Shown: positions 9,849 through 19,359, counted from the stretch's first letter. The stretch is 64,000 nucleotides of DNA from Bordetella parapertussis (GCA_945862265.1 CAMAXP010000004.1:36118-100117), one strand, 5' to 3'. Numbers and translations are program-made. Notes: generated by a model not told the origin, from the letters alone.

Positions 9849-10760
9849 ATGAACCCGCAGCCGATCAGCATCGTCCCGCGCCGCGACCCAAGGAGGTCGG
9901 AGCACGAAGCCAACAAGCTCGCCAAGCGCCTGCGGCGGCAGGTGGGGAATGCGATCGTCGACTTCGGCATGATCGGCGAGGGCGACCGCGTGATGGTGTG
10001 CCTCTCCGGCGGCAAGGACAGCTACGGCATGCTCGACGTGCTGATGGCGCTGCAGGAAAAGGCGCCGGTGCGCTTCGAATTGATTGCGGTCAACCTCGAC
10101 CAGAAGCAGCCGGGGTTCCCCGCGGACGTGCTGCCCGCCTACCTCAAGGCGCGCGGCGTGCCGTTCCACATCATCGAGCAGGACACCTACTCGATCGTGA
10201 AGCGCGTGATCCCCGAGGGCAAGACCATGTGCTCGCTGTGCTCGCGGCTGCGGCGTGGCGTGCTGTATCGCGTGGCGGGCGAACTGGGCGCGACGAAGAT
10301 CGCGCTCGGGCACCACCGCGACGACATCCTCGCCACGTTCTTCCTCAACCTGTTCTATGCCGGCAAGCTCAAGGCCATGCCGGCGAAGCTGGTCTCGGAC
10401 GACGGCAAGCACGTCGTGATCCGGCCGCTCGCCTATGTGGCCGAGGCCGACCTCACGGCCTATGCCGAGTTGAAGCAGTTCCCGATCATTCCCTGCACGC
10501 TGTGCGGGTCGCAGACCAACCTGCAGCGCCAGGTGGTCGGCAGCATGCTGCGCGAGTGGCAGAAGAAGTTTCCCGGGCGCATCGAGTCGATGATGCGCGC
10601 GTTGTCGGATGTGCGGCCCTCGCACCTGATGGACCGCAAGATGTTCGATTTCGCGGGCCTTGCGCCGACCGGCGTGGCGGACGAGGAAGGCGACACCGCC
10701 TTCGATCCCGAAGCGTTTCGCGAGCCGGCCTTCGCAGATCCGGATGCCGGCGTGGATTGA
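9849..10760 (+). CDS. ttcA: tRNA 2-thiocytidine(32) synthetase
   Basis: PP-loop motif CLSGGKDS and CxxC pairs ([15 protein letters not shown]). Confidence 0.9.
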   Translation: MNPQPISIVPRRDPRRSEHEANKLAKRLRRQVGNAIVDFGMIGEGDRVMVCLSGGKDSYGMLDVLMALQEKAPVRFELIAVNLDQKQPGFPADVLPAYLKARGVPFHIIEQDTYSIVKRVIPEGKTMCSLCSRLRRGVLYRVAGELGATKIALGHHRDDILATFFLNLFYAGKLKAMPAKLVSDDGKHVVIRPLAYVAEADLTAYAELKQFPIIPCTLCGSQTNLQRQVVGSMLREWQKKFPGRIESMMRALSDVRPSHLMDRKMFDFAGLAPTGVADEEGDTAFDPEAFREPAFADPDAGVD

Positions 10761-10845
10761 GAGTTGCAATGCTGTGCCTGGAGGGGATGGCTAGAATTTC
10801 AGGCTGACAAACAGCTGACGCCCGGCACCCGGGCGGTTCCCGCCC

Positions 10846-12102
10846 ATGGATGTACCGCAAATGCGAAGCGCCCTTCGCATTGTTGCCCTCGTCGTTCCTT
10901 TTGCTTGCGCATCGCATGCCCTGGCGGCCGAATGGCTGGGCCTGCGGGAGGTCCTGCGCTACGTCGAGGATGCAAGCCCGGAGATGGCGTCCGCAGCGCA
11001 GCTGCGCGCCGGCGCGCAGGCTGAAACGCTGACCGCGCGCGCCTATCCCAACCCGGACCTCGAGATCGGGGGAGGCACATGGCGCTCGCGCATCGGCGGC
11101 GCCACCGGATCGGCCAGCACCGTCGGATTTGCGCAACTGCTTGAACTGCCTTCGGTGCGCGGCGCCCGCGCCGAAGCCTCGGAGGCCGGGCTGTCCGTCG
11201 CTTCAGCGCAGGTAGCGGCGGTCCGCCTCGCCGTGGGCTACCAGGCGCGTGCCGCGTTCTACGAGTTGCTGCGCAGGCAGGAAGAAGAGCGCCTCGCGGG
11301 CGAGTCCGTGAAGCTGCTGGCCGAGATCCAGGGCAAGGTGGAAACCCGGGTTGCGGTCGGCGAGGCGCCGCGCTTCGAATCGGTCCGCGCAGAGGCCGAA
11401 ACGCTGGCCGCGCAGAACACCGCTGCCGCGGCGGCCCTGCGGGTCGACGAAGCCCGCGCCGTGCTGCGGCGGCTCGGGGGCAATTCGCTGCCCGCGGTGT
11501 TCCGCGCGCGAGGTGCTTTGCCCCCGCACGTGGAGGCGCCGCCGCTGGCCGTCCTCGTGCCCCAGGTGCTGGAGGCTCATCCGCAACTGAAGGCGGCTGC
11601 AGCCGAGACGGAGCGCGCGCGTTCGCGCCTCGAACTCGAGCGTGCGCTGCGCAACCCCCAGCCTACGGTGCGCGCGATCGGGTCATCGGACCCGGAATCC
11701 CGCCACGCGATGGTCGGCATTTCGATTCCGCTGCCGTTGTGGAACCGGCGCGAGGGGCCGATTGCGCAGGCGCAGGCCGGGATCGGCTATGCCGCCGCAC
11801 AGGTCGAGGCGCAGAGCGCGCAGCTGCTGCGTGAACTCGATTCGGCCTACGCCCGGCAAGGCGTGACCCAGCGCCAGATCTCCACCTTCGAGAGAAGCCT
11901 GCTGCGGAGCGCGGAGGAGGGCCTGCGCGTGGCCGAAGCGGCTTATCGCGCCGGGGAACGCAGCCTCCTCGAGGTGCTCGATGCGCAACGCACACTGCGA
12001 TCCGTGCGCGTCGACTACAACCAGGCGCTGTTCGACCGCAATGCGGCCTGGCTCGACATCGAACGGCTTACCGCGCGGGATCCCTTCCGCGTCCCGGACT
12101 GA
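10846..12102 (+). CDS. czcC: TolC/CzcC-family outer membrane efflux protein
   Basis: Signal peptide, then two repeats of the OEP helical pattern. First gene of a CBA operon. An alternative ATG at 10861 is possible. Confidence 0.8.
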   Translation: MDVPQMRSALRIVALVVPFACASHALAAEWLGLREVLRYVEDASPEMASAAQLRAGAQAETLTARAYPNPDLEIGGGTWRSRIGGATGSASTVGFAQLLELPSVRGARAEASEAGLSVASAQVAAVRLAVGYQARAAFYELLRRQEEERLAGESVKLLAEIQGKVETRVAVGEAPRFESVRAEAETLAAQNTAAAAALRVDEARAVLRRLGGNSLPAVFRARGALPPHVEAPPLAVLVPQVLEAHPQLKAAAAETERARSRLELERALRNPQPTVRAIGSSDPESRHAMVGISIPLPLWNRREGPIAQAQAGIGYAAAQVEAQSAQLLRELDSAYARQGVTQRQISTFERSLLRSAEEGLRVAEAAYRAGERSLLEVLDAQRTLRSVRVDYNQALFDRNAAWLDIERLTARDPFRVPD

Positions 12103-12121
12103 CTTCGTGAAGGCAAAACCC

Positions 12122-13270
12122 ATGAGAGCGCTGTTGTTCGTGCCTGCATTCGCCGTTGCACTGGTCGCCGGGTGCGGCGATCCGTCGGGTGGCAAACCCG
12201 CCGCCGCGCCGGCCGTGCGGGATCCCTTGCTTATCGCGGCCACGTCCGACCTGCGCACGCGCGTGGCGCTCGGCGAGGCGGCCTGGGCGGAGGTGCGCGA
12301 GACGCTGCGCGCGCCCGGGCGCATCGAGGTCGACGAGACGCGCATGGCGCGCATCGGCTCGCCCGTCGCCGGCCGCCTCACCGACGTGGAGGCTGTCGTG
12401 GGGCGGGAGGTGCGCCGCGGGCAGGTGCTCGCCACGCTGAACAGCACCGAGTTGTCCTCTGCACAGCTCGGCTTCCTCAAGGCCCAGTCCAATCGCCTGC
12501 AGGCGCAGCGCGCCACCGAGCGTGCGCAGCGCCTGCTTGCGGCCGACGTCATCGGGACGGCCGAAGTGCAGCGCAGGCAGAGCGAGCTGACCCAGGCCGA
12601 GGCGGAACTGAATGCTGCGAGCGACCAGCTGAAGGTGCTGGGCATGTCGGAGGCGGCGGTGCGGCGGCTGGCCGATACCGGGACCATCACTTCGCGCACG
12701 CAGATCGTCGCCAGCCTCAGCGGGACGGTGATCGAGCGCAAGGTCACCGAAGGGCAGATGGTGCAGCCCGCCGACAGCATGTTCGTGATTGCCGACCTGT
12801 CGAGCGTGTGGGTCGTGGCCGACATCCCCGAGCAGGGCGCGGGCCTTGTGCGCGTGGGTGAGCCGGCCGCGGCCGAGGTGGCGGCGCTGCCCGGCTCAAG
12901 ACTGCACGGCCGGCTCACCTTCGTCAGCCCCACGGTGAACCCCGAGACCCGCACGGTGCGCGCGCGCATGGACTTGTCGAACACCGAACGGGTGTTCAAG
13001 CCGGCCATGCTCGCCAACGTGCTGATCGAGGGCCGCCCGCAGAAGCGGCTCGTGATCCCCGCGGCCGCAGTCGTGCGCGAGGACAACCGCGACTATGTGT
13101 TCGTCGAGTCGGGCCGCGAGGCCTGGCGCCTGCGCCCGGTGACGCTCGGCACCGAACACGAGGGCCGCCGCGTGCTGCTCGAGGGCCTGCGCGAGGGCGA
13201 GAAGATCGTGGTCGAAGGGGCGTTCCACCTGAACAACGAGCGCAAGCGCCGCGCGCTCGGGGGCGGCTAG
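12122..13270 (+). CDS. czcB: efflux RND periplasmic adaptor subunit (CzcB/CusB-like), lipoprotein
   Basis: Internal ATG at 12122 gives MRALLFVPAFAVALVAGCGD (lipobox), followed by a membrane-fusion-protein hairpin and beta-barrel pattern. Confidence 0.85.
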   Translation: MRALLFVPAFAVALVAGCGDPSGGKPAAAPAVRDPLLIAATSDLRTRVALGEAAWAEVRETLRAPGRIEVDETRMARIGSPVAGRLTDVEAVVGREVRRGQVLATLNSTELSSAQLGFLKAQSNRLQAQRATERAQRLLAADVIGTAEVQRRQSELTQAEAELNAASDQLKVLGMSEAAVRRLADTGTITSRTQIVASLSGTVIERKVTEGQMVQPADSMFVIADLSSVWVVADIPEQGAGLVRVGEPAAAEVAALPGSRLHGRLTFVSPTVNPETRTVRARMDLSNTERVFKPAMLANVLIEGRPQKRLVIPAAAVVREDNRDYVFVESGREAWRLRPVTLGTEHEGRRVLLEGLREGEKIVVEGAFHLNNERKRRALGGG

Positions 13271-13273
13271 GCG

Positions 13274-16200
13274 ATGCTCGACGCCATCGTTCGCGCGGCC
13301 CTGTCGCAGCGCCTCGTCGTGCTGGTGGTCGCGGCGGCGCTGCTTGCCTTCGGCCTGAACGCGGCGCGCAAGCTGTCGGTCGACGCGTTCCCCGACGTAA
13401 CCAACGTGCAGGTGCAGATCGCGACCGAGGCGCCGGGACGCTCGCCCGAGGAGGTCGAGCGCTTCGTCACCGCGCCCGTGGAGGTGGCGATGACGGGCCT
13501 GCCCGCGCTCATGGAGATGCGCTCGCTGAACAAGCCCGGGCTTTCCCTGATCACGCTCGTGTTCAGCGACGCGACCGACGTCTACTTTGCCCGCCAGCTG
13601 GTGCTCGAGCGGCTGATCGAGATCGGCGCGCGACTTCCGGTGGGTGTGACGCCGGTGCTGGGCCCGGTGTCGACGGCGCTCGGCGAGGTCTACCAGTACA
13701 CGCTTGAGCGCCCCGACGACGGCAAGCGGGAGTTGACCCGCGCGGAACTCACCGAGCGCCGCACGGCGCAGGATTGGGTGGTGCGGCCGCTGCTGCGCTC
13801 GATCCCGGGGGTGGCGGAGATCAACTCCACCGGCGGCCACGTGAAGCAGTACCAGGTGCTGGTCGATCCTGACCGGCTGCGTTACTTCAAGGTGTCGATC
13901 CATGACGCCTGGCAGGCGTTGGCGAGGAACAATGCCAACTCGGGCGGCGGCGTGCTGCCGCAGCGCGCCGAGCAGTATCTCGTCCGCGGCATCGGGCTGG
14001 TGCGCAACCTCGACGACATCCGCGACATCGTGCTGAAGGAGGTGGGCGGCACGCCGGTCTACGTGCGCGATGTGGCTGAGGTGACGCTGGGCGAGGAGGT
14101 GCGCCACGGCGCGATGATCAAGGACGGGCATACCGAAGCCGTGGGCGGCGTCGTGATGATGATACGCGCAGGCAACGCCAAGGAGGTCGTGGGCCGGGTC
14201 AAGGCGCGCGTCGCCGAGATCAACGCCCGCGGGATGCTGCCGGGCGGGTTGCAGGTCGTCCCGTACTACGACCGCTCGGAACTCGTCGACGCGGCATTGT
14301 GGACGGTGGTCAAGGTGTTGCTCGAGGGCGTGCTCTTCGTGGTGGTGGTGCTGGTGCTGTTCCTCGGCGACCTGCGTTCTTCGCTGATCGTGGTCGCCAC
14401 GCTGGTGCTGACGCCCCTTGCGACGTTCATCGTGATGAACCGCTACGGGATCTCGGCCAACCTGATGTCGCTCGGGGGCCTCGCGATCGCGATCGGGCTG
14501 ATGGTGGACGGGTCGGTGGTGGTGATCGAGAACGCCTACGGGCAACTCGGGAAGCGCCCCGGCGAGCCGCGGGCGCGGGTGATCTTCGAGTCGGTGCGCG
14601 AGGTCGCCACGCCGGTCGTGTTCGGCGTGGGCATCATCATCCTGGTGTTCCTGCCGCTGATGACGCTGTCGGGGATGGAGGGCAAGATGTTCGCACCGCT
14701 CGCCTATACGATCGCGATCGCGCTGGCGATCTCCCTGGTGCTGTCGCTCACGCTGACGCCCGCGCTGGCGTCCTTCCTGCTCAAGGGGGGCGCAGAGCAC
14801 GACACCTGGCTGATCGCGGCGCTGAAGCGCCCCTACCTCGCGCTGCTGCAGCTCGCGTTGGCGAACCGCAAGCGTACTGTGGGGGTTGCGGTGGCGCTCT
14901 TCGTCGCCACGCTGGCGCTGGTGCCGTTCCTCGGCACGGCGTTCATCCCGGAAATGAAGGAGGGCTCGATCTCGCCCTCGATGGACCGAGTGCCGAACAT
15001 CTCGCTGGACGAGTCCATCCAGATGGAGAAGGAGGCCATGCGCCGGACGATGGAGGTGCCGGGCGTGAAATCGGCCGTGTCCCGGCTGGGGCGGGGCGAA
15101 TCCGCGGCCGACCCCGCGGGGCCGAACGAGTCCGACCCGATCGTCTCGCTCAAGCCGCGCAGTGAGTGGCCCTCGGGCTGGACGCAGGACGACATCGCCG
15201 CCGCCATCCTCGACAAGCTGCGCACGATGCCGGGCGTGCAGCTGGTCATGGCGCAGCCGATCTCGGACCGGGTGGACGAGATGGTGACGGGCGTGCGTTC
15301 CGATGTCGCGGTGAAGGTGTTCGGTGATGACCTCGAAGTGCTGCGCGCCAAGGCCAACGAGATCGCACGGGTGGCCGGGACCGTGCGCGGCGTGCGCGAC
15401 ATGCGCGTGGAGCGCACCGGCGGCCAGCAGTACCTCACCATCGCCATCGACCGGCAGGCGATCGCGCGCCAGGGGCTCAACGTGTCGGACGTGCAGGACG
15501 TGATCGAGACGGCCGTGGGGGGCAAGGTGGCCACCGAGATCTACGAGGGCGAGCGGCGCTTCCAGGCCGTCGTGCGCCTGCCCGAGCGCCTGCGCGACAG
15601 CGTGGCCGAGATCCGCGCGATCACCCTGACCGCGCCGAGCGGCGCGCAGGTGGCGCTCGACAGCCTTGCGAAGATCGAGGTCGCCGACGGCCCCGCGCAG
15701 GTCAGCCGCGAGTCGGCCAAGCGCCGGATCGTGATCGGGATCAACGTGAAGGACCGCGACCTCGGCGGCTTCGTCGCCGAGTTGCAGGCGGCGGTCGGCG
15801 CGCAGGTGCCGATGCCCGAGGGGTACTACCTGGTGTGGGGCGGGCAGTTCGAGAACCTCGAGCGCGCGCTCGGCCACCTCAAGGTCATCGTGCCGGTGAC
15901 GATCGCCGCGATCTTCTTCCTGCTTTTCCTGCTGTTCAATTCGCTGCGCTTCGCGGCGCTCATCATCACCGTGCTGCCGTTCGCCTCGATCGGCGGCATC
16001 ATCGGGCTCGCCGTGACCGGCGAATACCTGTCGGTGCCGGCGTCGGTGGGCTTCATCGCGCTGTGGGGCATCGCCGTGCTGAACGGCGTGGTGCTCGTCA
16101 GCTACATCCGCAAGTTGCGTGACGAGGGCCTCGCGCTGCTCGAGGCGGTTGTCGAGGGCGCAATCCATCGCTTTCGCCCGGTGATGATGACTGCGACCGT

Positions 16201-16369
16201 GGCCATGCTGGGCCTGATCCCGTTCCTGTTCGCCGACGGGCCGGGGTCGGAGGTGCAGAGGCCGCTCGCGATCGTGGTGATCGGCGGGCTGATCACCTCG
16301 ACGCTGCTGACGCTGGTCGTGGTGCCCGCGCTGTATGGCTATTTCGAGGAAAGGAGGATCGAGGCATGA
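13274..16369 (+). CDS. czcA: CusA/CzcA-family heavy-metal efflux RND transporter
   Basis: 1031 aa with 12-TM RND architecture. The N-terminus MLDAIVRAALSQRLVVLVVAA is typical of HME-RND. The TM4 motif reads AIGLMVDGSVVVIEN. Confidence 0.9.
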   Translation: MLDAIVRAALSQRLVVLVVAAALLAFGLNAARKLSVDAFPDVTNVQVQIATEAPGRSPEEVERFVTAPVEVAMTGLPALMEMRSLNKPGLSLITLVFSDATDVYFARQLVLERLIEIGARLPVGVTPVLGPVSTALGEVYQYTLERPDDGKRELTRAELTERRTAQDWVVRPLLRSIPGVAEINSTGGHVKQYQVLVDPDRLRYFKVSIHDAWQALARNNANSGGGVLPQRAEQYLVRGIGLVRNLDDIRDIVLKEVGGTPVYVRDVAEVTLGEEVRHGAMIKDGHTEAVGGVVMMIRAGNAKEVVGRVKARVAEINARGMLPGGLQVVPYYDRSELVDAALWTVVKVLLEGVLFVVVVLVLFLGDLRSSLIVVATLVLTPLATFIVMNRYGISANLMSLGGLAIAIGLMVDGSVVVIENAYGQLGKRPGEPRARVIFESVREVATPVVFGVGIIILVFLPLMTLSGMEGKMFAPLAYTIAIALAISLVLSLTLTPALASFLLKGGAEHDTWLIAALKRPYLALLQLALANRKRTVGVAVALFVATLALVPFLGTAFIPEMKEGSISPSMDRVPNISLDESIQMEKEAMRRTMEVPGVKSAVSRLGRGESAADPAGPNESDPIVSLKPRSEWPSGWTQDDIAAAILDKLRTMPGVQLVMAQPISDRVDEMVTGVRSDVAVKVFGDDLEVLRAKANEIARVAGTVRGVRDMRVERTGGQQYLTIAIDRQAIARQGLNVSDVQDVIETAVGGKVATEIYEGERRFQAVVRLPERLRDSVAEIRAITLTAPSGAQVALDSLAKIEVADGPAQVSRESAKRRIVIGINVKDRDLGGFVAELQAAVGAQVPMPEGYYLVWGGQFENLERALGHLKVIVPVTIAAIFFLLFLLFNSLRFAALIITVLPFASIGGIIGLAVTGEYLSVPASVGFIALWGIAVLNGVVLVSYIRKLRDEGLALLEAVVEGAIHRFRPVMMTATVAMLGLIPFLFADGPGSEVQRPLAIVVIGGLITSTLLTLVVVPALYGYFEERRIEA

Positions 16370-16701
16370 AGGAGATCAAGGCGGTGATCCAGCCGGCCAA
16401 GCTACCGCGGTTGCGTACCGTTCTGCTGCAGGTGCCCGGGTTCAACGGCATGACCGTTTCCAAGGTGGAAGGCATGAGCCAGCCGGGCGGCCCGGCCGAC
16501 GCGCCACGCAGCATCCGGGACGAACTAACGGACTACAGCGGCAAGGTGCTCGTCACCCTGATCGCCGAGGACGCCGCGGCCGAAGCGATCGCCGCGGCGA
16601 TTTGCGCAACGGCGACGACAGGGCAGAAGGGTGACGGACTGGCCTGGATCGTACCGGTGGAGGGCGTATACCGTATCCGTGATGCCAAGGCGGCCGGCTG
16701 A
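16366..16701 (+). CDS. P-II superfamily protein (divergent, efflux-pump-associated)
   Basis: MKEIKAVIQPAKLPRLRTVLLQVPGFNGMTVSKVEG...TGQKGDGLAWIVPVEGVYRIR aligns in pattern with GlnB (MKKIEAIIKPFKL...TGKIGDGKIFV...IRIRTGE). It has an ATGA overlap with the czcA stop and an AAGGAGGA RBS inside the czcA 3' end. Confidence 0.8.
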   Translation: MKEIKAVIQPAKLPRLRTVLLQVPGFNGMTVSKVEGMSQPGGPADAPRSIRDELTDYSGKVLVTLIAEDAAAEAIAAAICATATTGQKGDGLAWIVPVEGVYRIRDAKAAG

Positions 16702-16720
16702 TGCGGCCGCGCGGCCGCAT
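16701..16720. repeat. perfect 20-nt palindrome ATGCGGCCGCGCGGCCGCAT
   Basis: Self-complementary sequence with two GCGGCCGC octamers. It overlaps the last base of the PII-like gene stop codon. Confidence 0.9.
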
Positions 16721-16737
16721 GAGATAGGGGCTGCTGG

Positions 16738-16775
16738 AAACGCGAAGCCCCGCAACGTGCCGGGGCTTCGCGTTT
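16738..16775. terminator. strong hairpin, candidate bidirectional terminator
   Basis: aaacgcgaagccccg-(8 nt loop)-cggggcttcgcgttt forms a 15-bp perfect stem. It lies between the convergent czc operon end and the stop of the 16804..19359 gene. Confidence 0.7.
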
Positions 16776-16803
16776 AATGCAACGTGAACTTGGTGCCCTG
16801 GCT

Positions 16804-19359
16804 TCAGAACGACGGGCCGTTGGTCGCCAGTGCCGTTGCCGTACCACCTTTGCTCGACTGCACCACCACCGAGGTCGGCTTGAGCCGGGCGGCATCTCCG
16901 GGAATTTTGGTCACCGGTAATTGCCAGCACGGGCTGGCCACCGAGCACTGCACCGTGCCAATCACCCGCGGACGACGACGGGCATCGTTGGCCTCCAGGA
17001 GCAGATCGATCGGGATCGTCACGCGACGCATCGCGGTCTGCGGCAATATGATGTTGTGGTTATTGAAACCCGTCACAAACAGTGCGGGAACCGGGCCACT
17101 AGGCTGCGAGGTTTTGGCCACCACCATGAGCCCGCGGTTACCGCCAAACGTAGTCCAGGTCACACCCTCAACGGTCACGGTATCGGCTGTCGCCACCGGC
17201 GTCACCACCGGCACCGGCGGCGGTGCAATCACCGGCGTCACCACCGGCACCGGCGGCGGTGCAATCACCGGCGTCACCACCGGCACCACCGGCGGATTGC
17301 GCGGCGCCGGCGCTGCTGCCAGCAGTTCCGCCGGCATGCAGGCACCGTTGCGCAGCACCAGCGGGGCCGAACACACCTGCGGCGCCACCGTTGCCGCACA
17401 ACTGCCGGTGCTTGAAGCGCAGAAGGTCTCTGCCGGCGTCACTGCCACCGCGAAGGTCGGCGGATCCATCGGCGGCCAGGCCAGTACGCTGGCATTGCCG
17501 TTGAAATCCACGGTGCCGCCCACCGGCGTCACAAAGGACAGGATGCGGTTGCGCGCATCGCTCAGCGGCGCTGCGGTGAAACGCGGGTCGTTGTACGGGC
17601 CGGTCGGCAGGGTGCGTGCCTGCAGGCGCGGATCCACCCCTTCGAAGGGATACGGGTCCAGCGGCTGCGGGGTCGGTTCGCAAACGCCATCCTTGCAACC
17701 GCCGGGGCTCAAGCGACGGTCCAGCGTCCAGGGCAGGCCGGTGAACTGGTGGGGCCAGGCCATCTTGGTCAGGTCGAACTCATTGAATTCCGGGAAACCG
17801 ACACCGCCAAGATTGACACCCAGCGGCACCAGGTACTCGCCATTGGTCGCCGGTGCGCCCTTGATGTCCACCGTGGTCGGCGTGAAGCCGGCGGCCAGCG
17901 CGGCCAGCCGGTGTCCGGTACGGGCAATGATTTCGCGCGGCATCGGACTGACGATGGCCAGCTGCTCGGCAATCGAACCGGCCGGCGTGCTCTGGTTGAC
18001 CGGACAGAATTGGGCGGGATTGCCGAAACGCGGTTCGGCCCGCAGATTGCTGCAAGGGTTATCCGTAACATCCTGTGCGCCAACGTCAAATTGGACGTTG
18101 TAACGGATTTTCCAGATATAGCCGCCGACGCCGGGGACGAGGCCGTTGGCGCTGCAGTCCCCCTCGCCACCGACCACGTCGCAGGCGAGCACCGAAGCCC
18201 AGGGCTTCTCGACACGGCTGTTGGTGACCGGATCATAGTGCAGGGTCCACAGCAGGACATCGGGCCGCAGCGTCGAAAAGCCGATCAGCAGCGTGCGGGC
18301 GCGCAGGTTCTCGTAGCCGGGGGCGTCCTGCTCCACTTCTTCCGGCATCACGTAGTCGGGCTGGCTGAGATTCTGCCGCGTCTCCAGCGCGATCTCGGTG
18401 ACCGAACTGTGGAAGGACAGGAAACGCACGCCGTTGACGGTCTCGAAGTTGCCCACGAGCTTGATCTCATCACCAAGCCGGATCGGCGCCATGAAGCGCG
18501 AATCATTGACCAGGCCGCTCGGCGTGACCGGGCGGTTGGTATCAAGGCACAGTACATCCCCACGTGCGGGGTCGAGCGCGCCCGACTGCGCAAGCTGCGC
18601 GGGTACCGCGGGCGAGAAGTTCGGATCTGCCGCATTGGCGCCCTGCGCCGGCAGACCGGCAAAAGGCCGCGCCACCCGGCTGGGAATGCACATCGGAAAG
18701 CCGTTCACCGCGGTGTTGGTGTAGTTGTCCGGGTCGTTGGTAAAACGCGGGTCAGCACTGCAATTGGGACTGCCGGCAACACAGCCGAGACCCTGCTGCA
18801 CGGTGTGGCGCGACGTGGGATCGTTCATCCGCGCCATCATGCCGACATTGGGATCGCCGAGAATGCCGTTGATGCGCAGGTAGCTCTCATCATGATTGAT
18901 GTAGGTCACTGCGCCGGTGACCACCTCCTGCCCCTTGTCGATCAGCATGTCGCCGGCAATGATGTTGCCGCCGTTGGTGCGGTTGGCGGCAATGCTGGCG
19001 TAGCCGCCGGTGCCCGTGGTGTTGCAGCGGTCGGTGCTGGTCAGCCCGGTCTCGCCCAGGGCCTTGCACGCCGCCGAGGCCTGGTCGAACAACTGCCACA
19101 GCGTCAGCCGGTTGGCCGGCAGGTCAATCAGCAGGTTGCGCGGGATGGTCACGTACTGCCCGCTGATCACCAGTGTGCCGGCGGACCAGTAATCGCCCGG
19201 CGTGGTCAAGGTGATGCGCGAAATCTCGCCGCTGATCGACACCGAGGTCGCGGCCTGCGCCGCCATCGGGGTCAGCGCAAAACCTGTCGCCATCAACAGG
19301 CCGAGGGCTGCCGCGGTTTTGCGCGCACTACGCAGGTATGGGATTGGTTTGGAAAACAT
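16804..19359 (-). CDS. uncharacterized secreted cysteine-rich protein, paralog 1 (851 aa)
   Basis: ORF 16804..19413. The ATG at 19359 is preceded by an AAGGAAA RBS and gives signal peptide MFSKPIPYLRSARKTAAALGLLMATGFALTPMAAQA. It has 18 Cys, a Pro-rich linker and a conserved C-terminal module. Collinear with the upstream paralog. Confidence 0.85.
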   Translation of the reverse strand: MFSKPIPYLRSARKTAAALGLLMATGFALTPMAAQAATSVSISGEISRITLTTPGDYWSAGTLVISGQYVTIPRNLLIDLPANRLTLWQLFDQASAACKALGETGLTSTDRCNTTGTGGYASIAANRTNGGNIIAGDMLIDKGQEVVTGAVTYINHDESYLRINGILGDPNVGMMARMNDPTSRHTVQQGLGCVAGSPNCSADPRFTNDPDNYTNTAVNGFPMCIPSRVARPFAGLPAQGANAADPNFSPAVPAQLAQSGALDPARGDVLCLDTNRPVTPSGLVNDSRFMAPIRLGDEIKLVGNFETVNGVRFLSFHSSVTEIALETRQNLSQPDYVMPEEVEQDAPGYENLRARTLLIGFSTLRPDVLLWTLHYDPVTNSRVEKPWASVLACDVVGGEGDCSANGLVPGVGGYIWKIRYNVQFDVGAQDVTDNPCSNLRAEPRFGNPAQFCPVNQSTPAGSIAEQLAIVSPMPREIIARTGHRLAALAAGFTPTTVDIKGAPATNGEYLVPLGVNLGGVGFPEFNEFDLTKMAWPHQFTGLPWTLDRRLSPGGCKDGVCEPTPQPLDPYPFEGVDPRLQARTLPTGPYNDPRFTAAPLSDARNRILSFVTPVGGTVDFNGNASVLAWPPMDPPTFAVAVTPAETFCASSTGSCAATVAPQVCSAPLVLRNGACMPAELLAAAPAPRNPPVVPVVTPVIAPPPVPVVTPVIAPPPVPVVTPVATADTVTVEGVTWTTFGGNRGLMVVAKTSQPSGPVPALFVTGFNNHNIILPQTAMRRVTIPIDLLLEANDARRRPRVIGTVQCSVASPCWQLPVTKIPGDAARLKPTSVVVQSSKGGTATALATNGPSF
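17194..17287. repeat. 36-bp tandem repeat, ~2.6 copies, inside a coding region
   Basis: Unit caccggcgtcaccaccggcaccggcggcggtgcaat occurs at 17194-17229 and 17230-17265, with a partial copy at 17266-17287. It encodes the repeated VTPVIAPPPVPV linker on the minus strand. Confidence 0.9.

Noticed and set aside
10764-10797. TTGCAA ... TAGAAT upstream of czcC as a MerR-type metal-responsive promoter
   Set aside because: The hexamers are separated by 22 nt, longer than both the normal 17 nt and the 19-20 nt of MerR-type promoters. I saw no dyad in the spacer.
12896-16168. 1090-aa minus-strand ORF inside czcA
   Set aside because: Antisense to a canonical 12-TM RND transporter. Its His/Arg/Asp-rich repetitive translation reflects reverse-complemented GC-rich codons.
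17194-17287. 36-bp repeats as a possible CRISPR array
   Set aside because: The units are directly adjacent with no spacers. They lie in frame inside a long ORF, encode a Pro-rich peptide repeat, and no cas genes are present.
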